Assembly (NCBI GenBank): GCA_964524895.1
Contig: CAZGFG010000001.1
Span: 54,936-118,935, forward strand
Length of the DNA stretch: 64,000 bases
From: an uncultured Gammaproteobacteria bacterium
Lineage (GTDB): Bacteria > Patescibacteriota > Microgenomatia > Daviesbacterales > UBA10151
Direction: 5' to 3'
A model generated the notes under the pieces. The model was not told the DNA's origin. It ran no database searches and worked only from the letters and a program-made list of their open reading frames with translations. Both the position numbers and the translations under genes were made by a program. Positions 47,733 to 58,219 of this stretch are shown one piece after another (within the stretch, counting starts at the first letter, position 1; each line of letters opens with the position of its first letter).

Positions 47733-49487
47733 ATAAGGTCCCAGTGCAAGATATTTAAGCCCAGAGTTTTTAAAAACAAAGAGGGCGTCATCAGGAGTAT
47801 ACACAATTGGGAAACCGTGTAAATTAAATGAAGTATTTAGAACAGCTCCTATCCCAGTAAGAGATTTAAACTCCTTTATAATTTTATAGTAACTAGGATT
47901 CCAATCCTGGTAAACAATTTGCGGTCGAAGCGTATGATCATATTGATGGGTTGCAGCTTTTAATTTATCTTTTCCTAGTTCTGTTGCATCAAAAGTAACA
48001 ATCATATATGGCGCCTCTATCTTTTTTTCGTTTACAACATACTTATCTTTATCTTCTTCCAAAATGGAAGGAGCGAAGGGCATCCAAAAATCGCGACTTT
48101 TTATCTGTTCATTAATCTGGGAAATAACTTCTAGTTGAGAAGGATGAGCAAGTATCGATCTATTCCCTAGTGCCCTTGCTCCAAACTCCATCCGGCCATT
48201 AAACCGTGCCACAACCTGACCTTCGGCCAAAAGTTGGACTATATTTTTTTCTATATCTTTTGGTTTTGAACATATATAGGAATTATATTCCGATTTTTTT
48301 AAAGCCTTTTCAATTTCTTTATTGGTAAACTCTCCGCCTAAATATAAATCTTTTATATTATCCACTGTGTTTTTATTTGATTTAGTCAAATATCCCCAGT
48401 AAGCTGCGCCAATAGCACTGGATTCATCAGACGCAGAAGGAGTTACGTAAAATTCCTTAACCTCCGGAAGTTCTAGAATTTTCTGATTTGCTTTCACATT
48501 CATAAAAACACCACCGGCGCAAACGACATTGGTAATACCCGTTTTTTTAATCCCCATTTTTATCCACCTACATAAAACATCTTCTGTAAGAAATTGAAGG
48601 GCACCGGCAATGTTATCAAATCTTTCATAGGCGTATACTGTAGGCAGAAGTCGATAGAACATATGAGAATGAATAATCGTTCCAAAAGAGAGGTCATCAT
48701 TAATCCAGATGGTATCTTTTATTTTTTTGAATACAGACCGATAGTTCTTAGGGCTTGCATAAGGTGCAAGCCCCATTACTTTATATTCATGTTCACCTAG
48801 TTTCATCCCTAAATAGGCAGTTGTTTGGGTATAAAGATCACCAATTGAAGTACCGGATGGTGATTGGGAAATTCTTTTAATTTTTCCGTTTTTTGCAACA
48901 CTTACTGTTGCACATACATTATCTCCCATTGAATCTAGTGTAAAAATAAGAGTGGGTAAGGACTTGTTAATATTTGCTCCGTAAAAAGCCGAATAAATGT
49001 GTGCATCATGATGCTCAGCCTTTAAAATTTTCTCCTTAGGAAATCCTAAATTCTTTTTTATATCTTCCTGTAGATTTTTCTCCAAAATAGGATCAACAGT
49101 AAACTTATAAAACATACTCAGTAATTGGTCTAACAAATATTTTGAATAAGGAAATAAAGTAAGGATCTGTTCTTTTATAAACCACAAAACAGAAATCGCT
49201 TTTTGTTTTATATCAAGGTCTTGATTCTTAACAATTTTCCCCTTCTCTCCTTGAAAAGTAGTGTATCCGGTGTGAATCTTGGGATCTTGATAATTTAACA
49301 CTAAATAATCAACATCTCCCAATTTCAAATTCGATATTCGTAGGCATTCTTTTATAGCAAGATAAGGAATTCCCGCTTGGTTCTTAACCCTTGTTAAGCG
49401 CTCTTCAGAAATACAAGCAAGAACCTTTCCATCTTTCAAAAGACATGCTGTAGCAGTATGGGAAGTATTTACTCCTATGACAATCAT
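47682..49487 (-). CDS. NodU/CmcH-family carbamoyltransferase (O-carbamoyltransferase).
   Basis: N-terminal Kae1/YgjD-like start MIVIGVNTSHTATACLLKDGKVLACISEERLTRVKNQAGIP (family consensus ...DSAAALV.DG......EERFTR.KH..GFP). 601 aa. Paralogue of 53312..55051. Confidence 0.8.
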   Translation of the reverse strand: MIVIGVNTSHTATACLLKDGKVLACISEERLTRVKNQAGIPYLAIKECLRISNLKLGDVDYLVLNYQDPKIHTGYTTFQGEKGKIVKNQDLDIKQKAISVLWFIKEQILTLFPYSKYLLDQLLSMFYKFTVDPILEKNLQEDIKKNLGFPKEKILKAEHHDAHIYSAFYGANINKSLPTLIFTLDSMGDNVCATVSVAKNGKIKRISQSPSGTSIGDLYTQTTAYLGMKLGEHEYKVMGLAPYASPKNYRSVFKKIKDTIWINDDLSFGTIIHSHMFYRLLPTVYAYERFDNIAGALQFLTEDVLCRWIKMGIKKTGITNVVCAGGVFMNVKANQKILELPEVKEFYVTPSASDESSAIGAAYWGYLTKSNKNTVDNIKDLYLGGEFTNKEIEKALKKSEYNSYICSKPKDIEKNIVQLLAEGQVVARFNGRMEFGARALGNRSILAHPSQLEVISQINEQIKSRDFWMPFAPSILEEDKDKYVVNEKKIEAPYMIVTFDATELGKDKLKAATHQYDHTLRPQIVYQDWNPSYYKIIKEFKSLTGIGAVLNTSFNLHGFPIVYTPDDALFVFKNSGLKYLALGPYLVSKKAQFDIFPNDKS

Positions 49488-49589
49488 GTTTGCAAAAAGG
49501 CAGATATACTTTAGATGAAGGTTAATAATAAATCAAGTTTTGTATAAAAAAACATTTATCTTCTTAAGATAAGTGTTAAAATACCCTTC

Positions 49590-50216
49590 ATGTCAAGTCT
49601 ATTCAACACACTCAAGCGCTCTCCCATTTATGATCTACTTCTACCTATATTTCAGATATTAGAGGTCAAGAAATGGCAAGACAGAAAGATGAACCCTCCA
49701 ACACCACAACTTATAAAACATTCCGTAGTAAGAGAGTATCTATGTAAGTATAGGGTACAGACACTGATTGAGACAGGGACGTATTTGGGAGTTATGATTG
49801 ATGCTCTTAAAAGAAATTGTAATGAGATCTATACTATAGAATTAGATAAGAGGTTATATGAACGAGCCAAAAAAAAGTTTAAGAAATATTCCCATATCAC
49901 AGTACTTCAAGGAGATAGCACCAAAGTTCTACCTCGGATATTAAAAAAGATTAACAACCGCACTCTTTTTTGGTTAGATGCCCATTTTTCTAAAGGAATT
50001 ACGGCGAGAGGGGAAAAGGAAACACCTGTTATGGAGGAACTTAAAGCTGTTCTCAATCACCGAATTAAAAATCATGTCATTTTAATTGATGATGCAGATG
50101 TATTTAATGGTAAAAATGATTATCCAACTATTAATACCGTCAGAAGACTTATTAATGCAAAAAATACTAAGTTAAAGTTAAGAATTAAAAACAACATTAT
50201 CAGAATTACGCCTTGA
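49590..50216 (+). CDS. Putative class I methyltransferase-fold protein (TylF/CmcI-like O-methyltransferase fold), 208 aa.
   Basis: LIETGTYLGVMIDAL (glycine-rich SAM loop-like) and FWLDAHF. The assignment is tentative. Confidence 0.4.
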   Translation: MSSLFNTLKRSPIYDLLLPIFQILEVKKWQDRKMNPPTPQLIKHSVVREYLCKYRVQTLIETGTYLGVMIDALKRNCNEIYTIELDKRLYERAKKKFKKYSHITVLQGDSTKVLPRILKKINNRTLFWLDAHFSKGITARGEKETPVMEELKAVLNHRIKNHVILIDDADVFNGKNDYPTINTVRRLINAKNTKLKLRIKNNIIRITP

Positions 50217-51606
50217 TATAATTAGAAGTTCTATGATTTTTTAATTTAACATTAACCTTTTTGTTTATATTTTCAGCGCCATTTGTCTCTCTTATATGTA
50301 TCCCCAAAGGAAGATATTTAATATTTACAGGTAAATCATCAGCTTTAAATATTCGCCAAGGATCGATAACAGTTATTTTCTCATTCTCCGAAAATTTCAC
50401 GTTTTTAAATTCTGGCCAATTCATCGCAAAAAGTAATAAATTGGAGTTTTTGATGCACTGATTAATGTCTTTCGCATAGATAATTTTATCTCCAAAAACT
50501 TGTTTGATATTTTTTAGTGAAATTGGATCATATACTATAATTTTTATCTGTTCTTTAATTAATTTTTCCAGAACCTTTATACCCGGCGATTCCTCTATTA
50601 CATCAGTATTGGGCTTATAAGATAAACCTAGTACACCTACAGTCTCTCCTTTTGATATATTCTGAAACACAAATTGAGCTAATCTCTGGTTTTGTTTTAC
50701 ATTTATCTTGTGAGTTGTTAGTGCTAGTTTCGCAACCACCTTGTTCTTATTAGCAATATAAGTTAAGGCATTATTATCTCTGGGAAAACAGGGACCCCCA
50801 TAACTCGGACCCCCCTTTAGATATCTCTCCCCTACTCTTGAATCTAAACCTATTGCTGATGTTACAACATCTACATTTCCTCCAGGTAATTTCTCACATA
50901 TCTCTGCTAACATATTGGCATAGGAAATTTTGGTTGTTATAAAGGTATTTAATGAGATTTTAGTAAGTTCGGCATTAACAAAGTTCATTCTGATAACTGG
51001 AGCTTGATTATCTAAATATTTTTTATAAAACTCCTCTAATATATCTCCTGATCTTGCGTCAGATTCTCCTATTAGAACAAAGTTAGGGTTAAGAAGATCC
51101 TTAATCACGCTTCCCAGAGCAATGAACTCAGGATTATAGCATAACCCAAACTCATGCCCACAATTAAATTCATTCCCACATACCTTTTTAGATAATTTCT
51201 CAATTAATTGCTTAAGTTTGTCTGTTGAACCTGGTAAAACAGTACTTACTATTACTATTAAATGGTAAGCGTTTTTATATTTTAACCCTTCGCAGATTCT
51301 TTTTAAAGCTAACTTAATATATTTCAGTGAGAAATTGCCATTCTTTAGACTCGGAGTAGCAGTGACAATAAAAGTAATATCTGTTTTTAATACCGCCTCA
51401 TAAACATCTGTCGTTGCAGATATTCTCTCTTTATTTTTTTTCAAAAACTCCTCCAGATCAGGCTCATAAATATATACCTCACCTTTATTTACCTTTTCCA
51501 CATTCCGACTGTTGATATCGACGCCTATAACCTCAAATCCCTTAGAAGCGATACTTACCGCAAGAGGGAGACCTAGTTTTCCTAAACCGACAACTGAAAC
51601 CTTCAT
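50206..51606 (-). CDS. Nucleotide-sugar 6-dehydrogenase (UDP-glucose / UDP-N-acetyl-hexosamine dehydrogenase family).
   Basis: N-terminal VSVVGLGKLGLPLA NAD-binding motif and catalytic Cys region GGPCFPRDN. 466 aa. Confidence 0.8.
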   Translation of the reverse strand: MKVSVVGLGKLGLPLAVSIASKGFEVIGVDINSRNVEKVNKGEVYIYEPDLEEFLKKNKERISATTDVYEAVLKTDITFIVTATPSLKNGNFSLKYIKLALKRICEGLKYKNAYHLIVIVSTVLPGSTDKLKQLIEKLSKKVCGNEFNCGHEFGLCYNPEFIALGSVIKDLLNPNFVLIGESDARSGDILEEFYKKYLDNQAPVIRMNFVNAELTKISLNTFITTKISYANMLAEICEKLPGGNVDVVTSAIGLDSRVGERYLKGGPSYGGPCFPRDNNALTYIANKNKVVAKLALTTHKINVKQNQRLAQFVFQNISKGETVGVLGLSYKPNTDVIEESPGIKVLEKLIKEQIKIIVYDPISLKNIKQVFGDKIIYAKDINQCIKNSNLLLFAMNWPEFKNVKFSENEKITVIDPWRIFKADDLPVNIKYLPLGIHIRETNGAENINKKVNVKLKNHRTSNYIKA

Positions 51607-51648
51607 ATCTTTGCTATATTAAAAGTACGAAATTATTTTCAATATTAG

Positions 51649-53304
51649 TTAAGCGCTAAATTTATGGGCAATGGGAATTCTTCTGCCTATTCCGAATGCT
51701 TTCTTAGTAACTTTAACACCAGGAGCTGCTTGTCTTCTTTTGTATTCATTCCGATTAATCAAATCTAGGATACGCCTAACCACTCCTTCAGGGTATTTAT
51801 TTATCAACTCTCTTTTTGTTTTCATCTCTTCCACAATTTCATCAACCAAAGGTGATATTATACTGTAAGATGCTCCCAATGATTGCTCGTCGGATTGATT
51901 ATCCCTTAACTCTGCGCTAGGAATTTTTTTAATTATATTTTCAGGAATTATTTTTTTCCCAAGACTATTAATAAATTCTGCAAGTCTGTATACTCTCAAT
52001 TTAGAAATATCAGATAGAGGGGCAATTGCTCCACACATATCACCATAAAGAGTTGAGTATCCTAACGCAGTCTCTGTTTTATTGGCGGTACTTATTACTA
52101 AACCATTAAATTTATTTGCATGGGCCATGAGTATCATTCCTCTTATTCTAGCCTGGATATTCTCTTCAGTACTGTTAAATGGTAGATCACTGAACTGTTT
52201 CTTGAGAGAGTTTAAGAAAGTATCATAAATGTCATTAATTGGAATTATTTCTAGTTTAATTCCTAGATTTTTTGTCAATGCTTTTGAATCTTCTAGGCTA
52301 CTTGAGCTCGAAAAAGAAGATGGCATAAATATGCCTGTAACGTTTTTCACCCCTAACGCTTTGACAACGATAGTTGCAACGACAGCTGAATCTATGCCCC
52401 CTGAGATACCAATAAATGCTTTTACGAACCCTGCTTTTTCAAAATAGCTTTTTATAGAAAAAATTAAAGCCTTATAGATTCCAACTATCTTATTATCAGA
52501 TGTTAATTTTATTTCTGCGTTATCTTTATGAAACAGTTTATTGGAATTTACATAAATTAAATCCTCTTCAAATTGTTTACCTAAAGCTATTAATTTTCCA
52601 AAGTTATCAAAAACCATACTTTGACCATCAAATACTAACTGCCCATCGTATCCATCTTGGACACCAACGGTATTAGCGTAGATAAAAGGAACTTTGTGAT
52701 TTAAACTAGTTCTTCTTACTAACTTTTCTCTATCAAATATCTTGTCGACATAGAAAGGTGAACCGGATATATTAATTAATATTTTGGCTCCACGATCAAT
52801 CAAATCCTCAGAAACTTTTAAGGGGTAATTATCATCCCAAAGATCTTCACAAATTTGCACCCCTAATCTAATTCCTTGAAAATCGATCACCTTTCTACCC
52901 CTTCCCTGGGAGAAATATCTGTTCTCAAAAAATACATCATAGTCTGGTAATAATGTCTTATCTTGAATTGCCAATAACTTTTGATTATATATAATAGCTG
53001 CAGAGTTATATCTTATTGGAGTGTTGTCTGGCCCTATCTTATTTTTGTCACAATCAATGAACCCAACTATAACAAATATGTTTTTTGTAAATTTGATAAT
53101 CTCTCGTAAGGCTTTTAAATTATCGTCAATATATTTGGAATGTATCATTAAATCGAGCGACATATAACCCGGAATGGAAAGCTCTGGGAAAACGACTATT
53201 GTTGTTTTATTCTTTTTAGCAATATTTATGTATTTGATAATTTTTTTCGTATTTCCCTCTATGTCTCCAGGTTCAGTAGCAATTTGAGCTATAGCTAATT
53301 TCAT
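51649..53304 (-). CDS. nadE: Glutamine-dependent NAD+ synthetase family protein (N-terminal CN-hydrolase/glutaminase domain plus C-terminal PP-loop ATP pyrophosphatase).
   Basis: FPELSIPGY (Glu), QICEDLW (Cys) and a conserved Lys region form the nitrilase triad. The C-terminal GISGGIDSAVVATI is the PP-loop SGGxDS. 551 aa. Confidence 0.7.
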   Translation of the reverse strand: MKLAIAQIATEPGDIEGNTKKIIKYINIAKKNKTTIVVFPELSIPGYMSLDLMIHSKYIDDNLKALREIIKFTKNIFVIVGFIDCDKNKIGPDNTPIRYNSAAIIYNQKLLAIQDKTLLPDYDVFFENRYFSQGRGRKVIDFQGIRLGVQICEDLWDDNYPLKVSEDLIDRGAKILINISGSPFYVDKIFDREKLVRRTSLNHKVPFIYANTVGVQDGYDGQLVFDGQSMVFDNFGKLIALGKQFEEDLIYVNSNKLFHKDNAEIKLTSDNKIVGIYKALIFSIKSYFEKAGFVKAFIGISGGIDSAVVATIVVKALGVKNVTGIFMPSSFSSSSSLEDSKALTKNLGIKLEIIPINDIYDTFLNSLKKQFSDLPFNSTEENIQARIRGMILMAHANKFNGLVISTANKTETALGYSTLYGDMCGAIAPLSDISKLRVYRLAEFINSLGKKIIPENIIKKIPSAELRDNQSDEQSLGASYSIISPLVDEIVEEMKTKRELINKYPEGVVRRILDLINRNEYKRRQAAPGVKVTKKAFGIGRRIPIAHKFSA

Positions 53305-53311
53305 ATTTAGT

Positions 53312-55051
53312 TTATACCATTAAGTCTAAACTTGAATCTTCTGGGTTACCTATCAAGTAGTTACCAATTGCTAAATAATCCAAATTTCCTACCAAAAAAG
53401 CTCTTAACGCGTCGTCGGGCGTACACACAATCGGCTCTTCATGAATGTTAAAACTCGTGTTTATAAGGGTAGGTAATTTAGTAATTTTATAATATTCTTT
53501 TAAGATTTTATAATAGCTGGAATTATCCTCTTTTGCCACCAATTGAGGCCTTGCTGTGTTATCCACATGAACAACTGCAGGTGATTTTAATTTCATCTCC
53601 TTAGAGCAGTTGAAGGTGATGGTCATAAATTTGGCAGCATATTTAGCACCTTTTAAATTTAAAAAATATCTATGAGAAAATTCATATAAAGTTACTGGTG
53701 CAAAAGGCATAAATTCAGTTCGTTTTAATTTAGCATTTAAAGTTTGATTAATTTTTGGGTCAGTTGCCTGACTAAGAATGCTCCTGTTTCCCAAAGCCCT
53801 AGGACCATACTCCATTCTTCCGTTAAACCTTGCTACAATTTTTCCCTCTGTGAGTAGTTTTGCAATCGCTTTTTCGATAGCCTTATAAAATTTATACTTT
53901 ACCCCGTATTTTTTAAGCGTTGTTAGTATTTGCTTATTTGAATATGAGGGGCCAAAATAAATATTCTCTAATCTTTTAAACTTCATTTTGTTCTGAACTC
54001 CTATATGCAAACCACCCCCTATTGCTAATCCATCGTCCCCCATCGCTGGATGAATGAAAATTTGTTTAATTTGCGGTAGCTCATAGATTTTTTGGTTCAA
54101 TTTAACATTGGCCATTACCCCTCCAGCTAAGGCAATTCTCTCTATTTTGTGTTCTGCCAACACTTGTTTAATTATCTTCAGAACACAATCTTCTAATCTT
54201 TGCTGAAAAGCAGCTGCGATATCTTCCTGTTTATATTTTTCATATTCCTTAGGTCTCTTTTTGTAATATAAGCAATAAGATGTTATTTTAATTATTTTTT
54301 CATAATCCACCCGGAGCTCTAATCCATCGACCCAAAGAAGTGATTCAACTAGCTTATATACTTTTTGGGGATCACCATAAGCAGACAATCCCGTGATTTT
54401 ACCTTCGTGACGTAAGGGTTTAAACCCGAGTATGTAAGTCGATATGGAATAAAATATCCCAGCGGAATTAGGTAAGCTACATTCAGTTATTTTTTGCCAG
54501 TTGTTATCTCTAACTACATAAAGAGACATTGCTTTTAATCTTCCTCCACCTTCAAAACATCCTACTAAACAGCTATCCCATCCAGAGGTGTAGTATGCAG
54601 AATAAAGATGTGCATTATGATGAGAAACAAAAACATATTCTCCTCTAAACCCTTTAAGAAATAACTTGAGTCTTACCAGCGGAAGAATATCCTTATACAA
54701 GTAGGCTGGAATAAAGAAAAGCGATATAAATATTGATTTTAAAACAAAAAGAGGATTTTTTAAGACAAATAAATTTCTCCCTTTAGTAAGAAAAAACTCC
54801 ATAGTAAAAAGCTTAATGATCTCAACAAAGGAGTCGGGGAATGGTTTCTCTCCGATAACCACTACTTTGTCGATTTTTTTAGGAGAAATTTTTGTAAACT
54901 CTAGGCAATTTTCTAATGCTTTATCTGGAAAACCTTTATCCATTTTTTTTCGAGAAAAACGCTCGTTTGATGAAGCGTATAGAATTTTCCCATCTTGTAT
55001 TAATGCAACTGAGGCGTCATGACTATGAAATTGAATTGATAGTATCGTCAT
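53312..55051 (-). CDS. NodU/CmcH-family carbamoyltransferase, second copy.
   Basis: MTILSIQFHSHDASVALIQDGKILYASSNERFSRKKMDKGFP. 579 aa. Shares blocks with 47682..49487 (ARFNGRMEFGARALGNRSIL / ARFNGRMEYGPRALGNRSIL). Confidence 0.8.
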   Translation of the reverse strand: MTILSIQFHSHDASVALIQDGKILYASSNERFSRKKMDKGFPDKALENCLEFTKISPKKIDKVVVIGEKPFPDSFVEIIKLFTMEFFLTKGRNLFVLKNPLFVLKSIFISLFFIPAYLYKDILPLVRLKLFLKGFRGEYVFVSHHNAHLYSAYYTSGWDSCLVGCFEGGGRLKAMSLYVVRDNNWQKITECSLPNSAGIFYSISTYILGFKPLRHEGKITGLSAYGDPQKVYKLVESLLWVDGLELRVDYEKIIKITSYCLYYKKRPKEYEKYKQEDIAAAFQQRLEDCVLKIIKQVLAEHKIERIALAGGVMANVKLNQKIYELPQIKQIFIHPAMGDDGLAIGGGLHIGVQNKMKFKRLENIYFGPSYSNKQILTTLKKYGVKYKFYKAIEKAIAKLLTEGKIVARFNGRMEYGPRALGNRSILSQATDPKINQTLNAKLKRTEFMPFAPVTLYEFSHRYFLNLKGAKYAAKFMTITFNCSKEMKLKSPAVVHVDNTARPQLVAKEDNSSYYKILKEYYKITKLPTLINTSFNIHEEPIVCTPDDALRAFLVGNLDYLAIGNYLIGNPEDSSLDLMV

Positions 55052-55172
55052 ATTTTTAAGTGATTTTGGTTTTTATTCAATTGAATGATAATCAGTACTT
55101 ATATAAATATCAACTGATATTTCGCTTTTCTCTTTATAATTACATTGCATCGCACTAATTAACTTAATACGC

Positions 55173-55178
55173 TATAAT
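55173..55178 (+). promoter_or_regulatory. Candidate -10 hexamer TATAAT upstream of 55193.
   Basis: Perfect TATAAT 14 nt upstream of the ATG in a 141 bp divergent intergenic region. No convincing -35. Confidence 0.2.
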
Positions 55179-55192
55179 CTTACAAATAAATT

Positions 55193-56365
55193 ATGAAGCT
55201 TTATAAGGATAAAACAAAAATATTAATGTTAACTCATTATGCATTTCGAGCGGAAGATGGTGAGGATACTGATCAACGTATCCTTCGATACCTAAAAGAG
55301 CGGGTTAGAAAAGTAGTTTTAATTACCCACCCATTTCCAGATTTTAATTATCGAACTTCCTATTGTACTATTTACGAAAATGGGAATCAGGTAAAGCAAA
55401 TAAAGGTGGCCATTGTGAAAGGACTTTCTGCTCTACAATACCTTCACCACGTCTTACTAATTTACTATTACCTCGTAAGGGTAGGTCTCTCGTATGACCT
55501 TTGTATCGCCCTAGAAAATATGTCATTTATGGTAATTTTACCTTTTCGTCTATTGGGTACTGTCAAAAGATTGGTTTACTACTCAATTGATTTTATGCCT
55601 CAAAGGTTTCCTAACCCTTTTATAAACTGGCTATATCACTTTATAGATAAACTGGCATGTAGACTTTCAGATATTAATTGGGTAATGGTTAAGGAGCAAA
55701 TAAACGAACGCAGAAAATATGGGGCGATCACAATTAAAAGTTCTGCATTTACAATTGTTCCAATCGGATATGAGACAAAAAATATTGATATAAAACCTTT
55801 AAATAAGATTGACTTTCATAATATTGTATACGCAGGTGGTTTCAGGGAATCAATGGGCCCACAACTAGTTATCAAAGCTATGCCTCACTTGATAACAAAA
55901 ATCCCAGATATTCGGTTAACTATTATCGGGTTAGGAAAAGATTTAAAAAAATTAAAATCATTAATAAAAGAATTAAAAGTTAGTCAACAGGTTGATTTTA
56001 AAGGGTTTATACCTGGTTTCAGGGATTTAACTCATGAGATATCTTTAAAAAGCATAGCTCTTGCTCCTTATGCACCTATACCGGGAAGTTATAGTTATTA
56101 TTCTGATCCAAGCAAGATAAAACTTTATATCTGCTGCGGGGTTCCAGTCATTACAACGAAAGTAACTACTATTTCAAATTTAATCTCAAAAACTCACTCT
56201 GGTATTATAATTGATTATTCAGAAAAGGCTCTGTATAAAGCAGTATTATTTTTACTTGCTTCTAAAAAAAGATTCCTTAATTATAAAAATGCCGCTATAG
56301 ATCTTTCCCACAAATTTGATATTAACCACATTATGGACAATGCTATTCAAAAAATCCCATTTTAA
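55193..56365 (+). CDS. Putative GT-B-fold glycosyltransferase (GT4-like), 390 aa.
   Basis: C-terminal pattern KIKLYICCGVPVITTKVTTISNLISKTHSGIIID resembles the GT4 donor-binding region. The N-terminal half is less diagnostic. Confidence 0.5.
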   Translation: MKLYKDKTKILMLTHYAFRAEDGEDTDQRILRYLKERVRKVVLITHPFPDFNYRTSYCTIYENGNQVKQIKVAIVKGLSALQYLHHVLLIYYYLVRVGLSYDLCIALENMSFMVILPFRLLGTVKRLVYYSIDFMPQRFPNPFINWLYHFIDKLACRLSDINWVMVKEQINERRKYGAITIKSSAFTIVPIGYETKNIDIKPLNKIDFHNIVYAGGFRESMGPQLVIKAMPHLITKIPDIRLTIIGLGKDLKKLKSLIKELKVSQQVDFKGFIPGFRDLTHEISLKSIALAPYAPIPGSYSYYSDPSKIKLYICCGVPVITTKVTTISNLISKTHSGIIIDYSEKALYKAVLFLLASKKRFLNYKNAAIDLSHKFDINHIMDNAIQKIPF

Positions 56366-56460
56366 GCCGACATCTTATAGCTCTTGACTACTATTACTAC
56401 TGCATCTAGAATCGAATAACTAAAACCAAGCTTATAGGTGTATTAAAAAGAATCTTAAAA

Positions 56461-57417
56461 ATGAGTAGAGGGAAAATGGAAGATAAATATTTAGTAACAG
56501 GGGCAACAGGTTTTGTGGGTTCATATATAGTCAGAAAGCTCGTAATGCAAGGGAAAAATGTTCATATATTAACAAAAGAAAAAAAACTAAACTGGCGATT
56601 ATCCGACCTTTCCTCAAAAATCCATGTACATGAAGCAGATCTTCTGGATAAAAAATTACTAGTTTTAGTAAAAAAAATTAAGCCTATTTATATATTTCAT
56701 TTTGCTGCCTCTGGATCTTTACCCAATGAAGAAGATATGGGTAACCTTATAGATGTAAACTTAAAGGGGACAATTAATCTCATAAGCGCTGTTAAACAAA
56801 ATAAATTTAAGCTGTTTATAAATACAGGAAGCTCCTCAGAATATGGAGTTAAAAAGGGATCGATGAAAGAAACAGATCTTCCTTTTCCGATTAACGACTA
56901 TGGTATAACGAAAACTGCTTCTACTCTTTATACTCATAAGGAGGCTATACGGAATAATTTACCCCTTATTACTTTTAGACTCTTCTCTGTTTATGGGCCT
57001 TATGAGCAGAAGACTCGCTTGATTCCAACTGTGATTCTATCAGCTCTAGCAAATAATCCTATTAATGTTTCTAGTCCTACTCATGTTAGAGACTTTGTAT
57101 ATATTGACGATGTTGCTGATGCTTACTTGTCAGCATGCAATGCAAGAATTATTCCGGGTGAAATTTTCAATATTGGGACAGGAAAACAACATAGTGTAGG
57201 AGAAGTTGTAAAAAGCATTCTTCAATTTTCCCAAAGTAAGTCAAGGGTAGCATGGGGTACGGTGAGAAAACAAAGCAGACAGATAGAGTCTGCAGACTGG
57301 CGGGCCGATACAAGAAAATCAGAAAAAATACTTGAATGGCAAGCTAAATATTCATTACATCAAGGTTTAAAGGAATCTTTGGTCTGGTTTAAAGAAAACG
57401 GTTTTCTATATGAATAA
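56461..57417 (+). CDS. NAD-dependent epimerase/dehydratase (extended SDR).
   Basis: YLVTGATGFVGSYI Rossmann motif and YGITKTASTL (YxxxK). 318 aa. Confidence 0.8.
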   Translation: MSRGKMEDKYLVTGATGFVGSYIVRKLVMQGKNVHILTKEKKLNWRLSDLSSKIHVHEADLLDKKLLVLVKKIKPIYIFHFAASGSLPNEEDMGNLIDVNLKGTINLISAVKQNKFKLFINTGSSSEYGVKKGSMKETDLPFPINDYGITKTASTLYTHKEAIRNNLPLITFRLFSVYGPYEQKTRLIPTVILSALANNPINVSSPTHVRDFVYIDDVADAYLSACNARIIPGEIFNIGTGKQHSVGEVVKSILQFSQSKSRVAWGTVRKQSRQIESADWRADTRKSEKILEWQAKYSLHQGLKESLVWFKENGFLYE

Positions 57418-58219
57418 AAACCTTTTACAACAACACGCTAAAAATATAAGACGGAATATAATAAAAATGGCATACAATGCACAGAGTGCTCATACTGGAG
57501 GATCCTTATCTTGCGTTGATCTTTTAACAGTTTTATATTTTTCTATTCTGAGGGTTACACCGCGTGCACCTCTAAATCCAAAGCAGGATAGATTTATATT
57601 CAGCAAAGCACACGATTGCAAGGCCTTATATGCAGTACTTGCTGAGAGAGGTTACTTTGATAAAAAGAAGCTTTTAACCTGTGAGTTAGACAGAGGTCTG
57701 CCTGGTCATTCAACAAGAAATGTAGTGCCTGGAGTAGAAAGCTCTGCCGGTTCGCTTGGACATGGCTTATCCCTTGCAGTTGGTATAGCCTATGCGAAAA
57801 AAATCGACCAAAATCCATATCGGGTATTTGCAATGCTTTCAGACGGAGAATGTGATGAAGGATCGACTTGGGAAGCGATACTCTTTGCTGGACACCACAA
57901 ATTGGATAATTTAATTGCTATCGTAGACTACAATAAATTACAAGCTTTTGGAAGAATTAGTGAAATTCTTACACTAGAACCTTTTATTGATAAATGGAAA
58001 GCATTTGGTTGGGAAGTAAAAGAGGTCAATGGACACAACCTTCAGAAGATCGAACAGGTCTTCAGAAAAATTCCCTTTAAAACAAATAGACCCTCTGTTC
58101 TAGTTGCACATACAATTAAAGGATACTTCGGGATAAAAAAGCATATCGATCAGGTTTCGTCTCAATATAAGCCACCAACGGAAGAAGAGTACAAACAAGC
58201 ACTGAACGATCTATCATGA
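57410..58219 (+). CDS. Transketolase, N-terminal (ThDP-binding) subunit of a split transketolase.
   Basis: GGSLSCVDLLTVLY, SKAHDCKALYAVLAERG, GSLGHGLSLAVGIAYA and GDGECDEGSTWEA are the transketolase N-terminal domain blocks. 269 aa. It overlaps the epimerase by 8 nt. Confidence 0.85.
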   Translation: MNKNLLQQHAKNIRRNIIKMAYNAQSAHTGGSLSCVDLLTVLYFSILRVTPRAPLNPKQDRFIFSKAHDCKALYAVLAERGYFDKKKLLTCELDRGLPGHSTRNVVPGVESSAGSLGHGLSLAVGIAYAKKIDQNPYRVFAMLSDGECDEGSTWEAILFAGHHKLDNLIAIVDYNKLQAFGRISEILTLEPFIDKWKAFGWEVKEVNGHNLQKIEQVFRKIPFKTNRPSVLVAHTIKGYFGIKKHIDQVSSQYKPPTEEEYKQALNDLS

